32,000 nt of DNA. Source: Erysipelotrichaceae bacterium (lineage in GTDB: Bacteria > Bacillota_I > Bacilli_A > Erysipelotrichales > Erysipelotrichaceae). The stretch is taken from positions 1,410,001-1,442,000 of the forward strand of contig OY781039.1 of NCBI GenBank assembly GCA_963676105.1, written 5' to 3'. The notes beneath the pieces are model-generated. The model made no database searches and had not been told where the DNA came from. It saw only the letters and a program-made list of their open reading frames with translations. A program made the position numbers and the translations under genes. Every line of letters starts with the position of its first letter. The stretch's first letter is position 1. This document shows positions 28,572-32,000 of this stretch, piece after piece.

Positions 28572-29423
28572 TTATTTCAATACAACTTGAACACCAAAGG
28601 TTCCAAGCCCAACGTGGGCTGCAATGCCTGCTGGTAAAACCATTGTTTCCATTTCAATGTTTGGTTCTTTGTCTAAAATAAATTTACGGTATTGTTCAAC
28701 ACGATTTTTTCCATCACAATCAGGAACATAAATCATATACTCATCTGTGTTGAATCCACGTTTAATCATGTCATCATAAATAGTTTGGTATAAACGTCTT
28801 TCATTACGATCTGTTCCAAATTTCTCAATTTGATCTGTATCCCAAGCAAGATAAACACATAGTTTAATTTTTAATAAATTACTCAATGCGGCAACTGCAC
28901 CAGTCACACGACCATTCTTACGCAATTGATCTAAGGTTTCAGGTAGTACATACGTAATACTTGTTTCACTCGCTTTTTTCGCATACGCTGAAATCTCTTC
29001 GATTGACTTGCCTTCTTTCGCAAGTTCTTGAGTTCTCATCGCAATATGACGAACAACCCCTGCCGCACTCTTTGTATCAACAAAGGTGATGTTTTCAATT
29101 TCATTATTATTAGCCGCAAGTTGTAAAGCATTGAATGTTCCTGATAAATATCCCGCTAAAGTATAAACAAAGATATGATCATAGTTTTCACTTTTAATTC
29201 TCGCAAATAATTCTTCTAAAAATCCTAAATTAGGTTGAGATGTTGATACATCTTTCCCTGCTTTTAAAGCTGCTTCAACTTCTTGAGGTGATACCTCAAA
29301 TAAATCAACACCCGATTTGCCATCAATAATGACATTTAGTGGTGCTAACTCAATCCCCATTTTTTTCGCATCATCTGGCATTAAAGCGATCGATGAATCC
29401 GCCACAACACATATTTTAGCCAT
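28572..29423 (-). CDS. DegV-family fatty-acid-binding protein
   Basis: 283 aa. N-terminus MAKICVVADSSIAL...TSQP pattern typical of DegV. AAGGAG sits upstream of the ATG. Confidence 0.8.
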   Translation of the reverse strand: MAKICVVADSSIALMPDDAKKMGIELAPLNVIIDGKSGVDLFEVSPQEVEAALKAGKDVSTSQPNLGFLEELFARIKSENYDHIFVYTLAGYLSGTFNALQLAANNNEIENITFVDTKSAAGVVRHIAMRTQELAKEGKSIEEISAYAKKASETSITYVLPETLDQLRKNGRVTGAVAALSNLLKIKLCVYLAWDTDQIEKFGTDRNERRLYQTIYDDMIKRGFNTDEYMIYVPDCDGKNRVEQYRKFILDKEPNIEMETMVLPAGIAAHVGLGTFGVQVVLK

Positions 29424-29448
29424 AGTGTAGTCTCCTTGTATTGCTTAA

Positions 29449-29478
29449 ATTTTGACAAATTAATATCCTATTGTCAAA
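29449..29478 (-). promoter_or_regulatory. Candidate degV promoter overlapping an 8-bp inverted repeat
   Basis: On the minus strand: TTGACA (29477-29472), a 17-nt spacer, then CAAAAT (29454-29449). The inverted repeat is TTTGACAA (29451-29458) / TTGTCAAA (29471-29478) with a 12-nt spacer. Confidence 0.4.
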
Positions 29479-29525
29479 TAGCATAATCCGTTATTTTTTA
29501 GTTTTTTTGGTGTAAAATAGTTTTC

Positions 29526-29909
29526 ATGAATCCAAAAGAAATATTAAGAGATGCTAATACGATAGCTGTCATTGGTATGACGGTACGTGAAGAGTCTTAC
29601 GCCAACAAAATTGTCCACAAAATACGCAGCCTAAACAAAACAGCTTATCCCGTTAATCCACGCTATGATTTTCTCTTTGGCGAAGAGATCTTTGAGTCTG
29701 TTGAAAAATGTCCAAGTATCCCTGATTTAGTTGTCTTTGTGGTTAATCCTAAAGCAGGTATTGAATATCTTCCACACATAAAGGACTTAGGCATTAAAAA
29801 CATTTGGTTACAACCTGGAACTTTCGATGTTGAGTTCTTAGAGGAAGCAAAAGACTTAGGATTAAATGCAATTGAAGCTTGTGTGCTTGTTGTTGGTAAT
29901 TATTTATAA
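29526..29909 (+). CDS. CoA-binding domain protein (YccU/YneT-like)
   Basis: 127 aa. IAVIGMT...YANKI...YPVNP pattern of the small CoA-binding Rossmann family. No recognisable SD upstream of the ATG. Confidence 0.7.
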   Translation: MNPKEILRDANTIAVIGMTVREESYANKIVHKIRSLNKTAYPVNPRYDFLFGEEIFESVEKCPSIPDLVVFVVNPKAGIEYLPHIKDLGIKNIWLQPGTFDVEFLEEAKDLGLNAIEACVLVVGNYL

Positions 29910-29931
29910 GAGATGAAAATCTCTTTTTTTA
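29908..29931 (+). terminator. Rho-independent terminator
   Basis: AAGAGAT-GAAA-ATCTCTT followed by TTTTTT. It overlaps the stop codon. Confidence 0.75.
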
Positions 29932-29979
29932 TTAAGCACATTTAACGATTTGATTTTTTATATTTGTTATAGTGTGGCT

Positions 29980-31035
29980 ATGAAAGAACTCTTATTTTTA
30001 TTTTTACGCTTAGGCTTCTTTGCATTTGGTGGTCCTGCCGCTCATATTGCCATGTTGGAAAGAGAATGTGTTGAAAAAAGACAATGGCTATCTGAAGAAG
30101 AATTCTTAGATTTAATTTCACTTACAAACTTAATCCCTGGTCCTAACTCGACTGAAATGGTTTTACACATGGGTTATTTAAAAGCTAAAGGTAAGGGTAT
30201 GCTTGTTGCAGGTGCAGCCTTTATCTTACCTGCTATGTCAATGGTCTTGGCTTTAGCCTATATCTTAAAAACCTATGGTACTTTACCTGAAGTTGAAGCA
30301 ATTTTACTTGCGATTACACCGGTTATTGTAGCGCTTATCGCATCCGTCGGTTATAAACTATCTGCTAAACAGTTGAAGGATACTAAGACAATATTAGTCT
30401 TTGTATCTATATTTATTATTTCATTCTTAGGTATACAAGAGTTATTAATTCTGGCGATTGCAGGATTACTCTATTTCATATTTGATCGATATAGTAAACA
30501 AACATTAGTCGTTGAACCATTGTCACTCATTGGTTTATTCTTAGTCTTCTTAAAAATAGGTTCTGTTTTATATGGAAGTGGTTATGTATTACTATCCTTC
30601 TTAAATTCAGAGTTACTTGTTCCAGGTTACTTGGATGCGCAAACCATTATTGATGCCTTAACCATTGGGCAGCTCACCCCTGGTCCAGTCTTTACAACCT
30701 CTACAGCGATTGGTTATTTTATGCATGATTTACCAGGTGCAATTGTCGCAACCATCGGTATCTTCTTGCCTTCATTCCTATTTGTTTATTTCTTACATCC
30801 TCTATTTCCTAAGATGAGACAGAACAAATATCTTAGTTTAATTCTTGATGGTGTTCGTTTAGGTTCATTGGCTTTGATTTTCAAAGTTGTCTTTGATTTA
30901 GGTTTAAATCTAGATATGACACAAATTGTTGTTAGTCTATTTGCCTTTATCATTTTAATAAAAACAAAACTCAATCCTACCTGGTTAATTCTATCAATGG
31001 GACTGTTTGGATATATATCTAGCTTAGTCATATAA
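29980..31035 (+). CDS. chrA: Chromate transporter (CHR family, fused two-domain form)
   Basis: LGFFAFGGPAAHIAMLERECVEKRQWLSEEEFLDLISLTNLIPGPNSTE is the CHR signature. A second repeat follows with LTPGPVFTTSTAIGY. I placed the start at ATG 29980 (MKELLFLF). The track start at 29950 is a TTG. Confidence 0.85.
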   Translation: MKELLFLFLRLGFFAFGGPAAHIAMLERECVEKRQWLSEEEFLDLISLTNLIPGPNSTEMVLHMGYLKAKGKGMLVAGAAFILPAMSMVLALAYILKTYGTLPEVEAILLAITPVIVALIASVGYKLSAKQLKDTKTILVFVSIFIISFLGIQELLILAIAGLLYFIFDRYSKQTLVVEPLSLIGLFLVFLKIGSVLYGSGYVLLSFLNSELLVPGYLDAQTIIDALTIGQLTPGPVFTTSTAIGYFMHDLPGAIVATIGIFLPSFLFVYFLHPLFPKMRQNKYLSLILDGVRLGSLALIFKVVFDLGLNLDMTQIVVSLFAFIILIKTKLNPTWLILSMGLFGYISSLVI

Positions 31036-31072
31036 ACTTGGAACTTTGTTTCAAAAAATTTCTATATAATAA

Positions 31073-32000
<928 letters not shown>

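Overview
Low-GC (about one third G+C by eye), densely coding chromosomal segment that looks like Bacillota or a Mollicutes relative and uses the standard genetic code. I saw no rRNA, tRNA, CRISPR array, transposase, integrase, phage or recognisable defence genes. All family calls rest on motifs read from the supplied translations; no homology search was possible. Layout: (1) 1-5819, minus strand: an operon of an MBL-fold hydrolase, a degenerate MBL paralogue and an Opp/Dpp-type ABC importer (lipoprotein SBP, two permeases, first ATPase, truncated at the window edge). An AraC-type regulator with a pseudo-receiver domain (5989-7551) is transcribed divergently. (2) 7650-12647, minus strand: a beta-glucoside block with a lone PTS EIIC, two GH1 6-phospho-beta-glucosidases and a metal-binding cupin. 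A third GH1 starts at 31097. (3) A flavodoxin gene (12780-13202) whose promoter contains a TGTGA-N6-TCACA palindrome. (4) The most interesting part: an 11-kb minus-strand operon (24177 down to 13235). It combines a DUF1537 acid-sugar kinase, an anion permease, two double alpha/beta-hydrolase esterases, a YhcH/DUF386 protein, an Fe-alcohol dehydrogenase, a DapA/NAL-family aldolase, a PdxA-family dehydrogenase and a cytoplasmic BNR sialidase-fold protein. Divergent from it is a PrpR_N-AAA+-HTH regulator whose AAA+ core looks catalytically dead and lacks GAFTGA, followed by a second anion permease. I read this as a candidate catabolic pathway, not described as far as I know, for a non-sialic 2-keto-3-deoxy ulosonic or ulosaric acid. 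The substrate is inference only. (5) 27514-31035: a small membrane protein, a CX5R phosphatase, DegV, a CoA-binding protein and ChrA. Several start codons in the ORF track were moved to downstream ATGs that have proper Shine-Dalgarno sequences.
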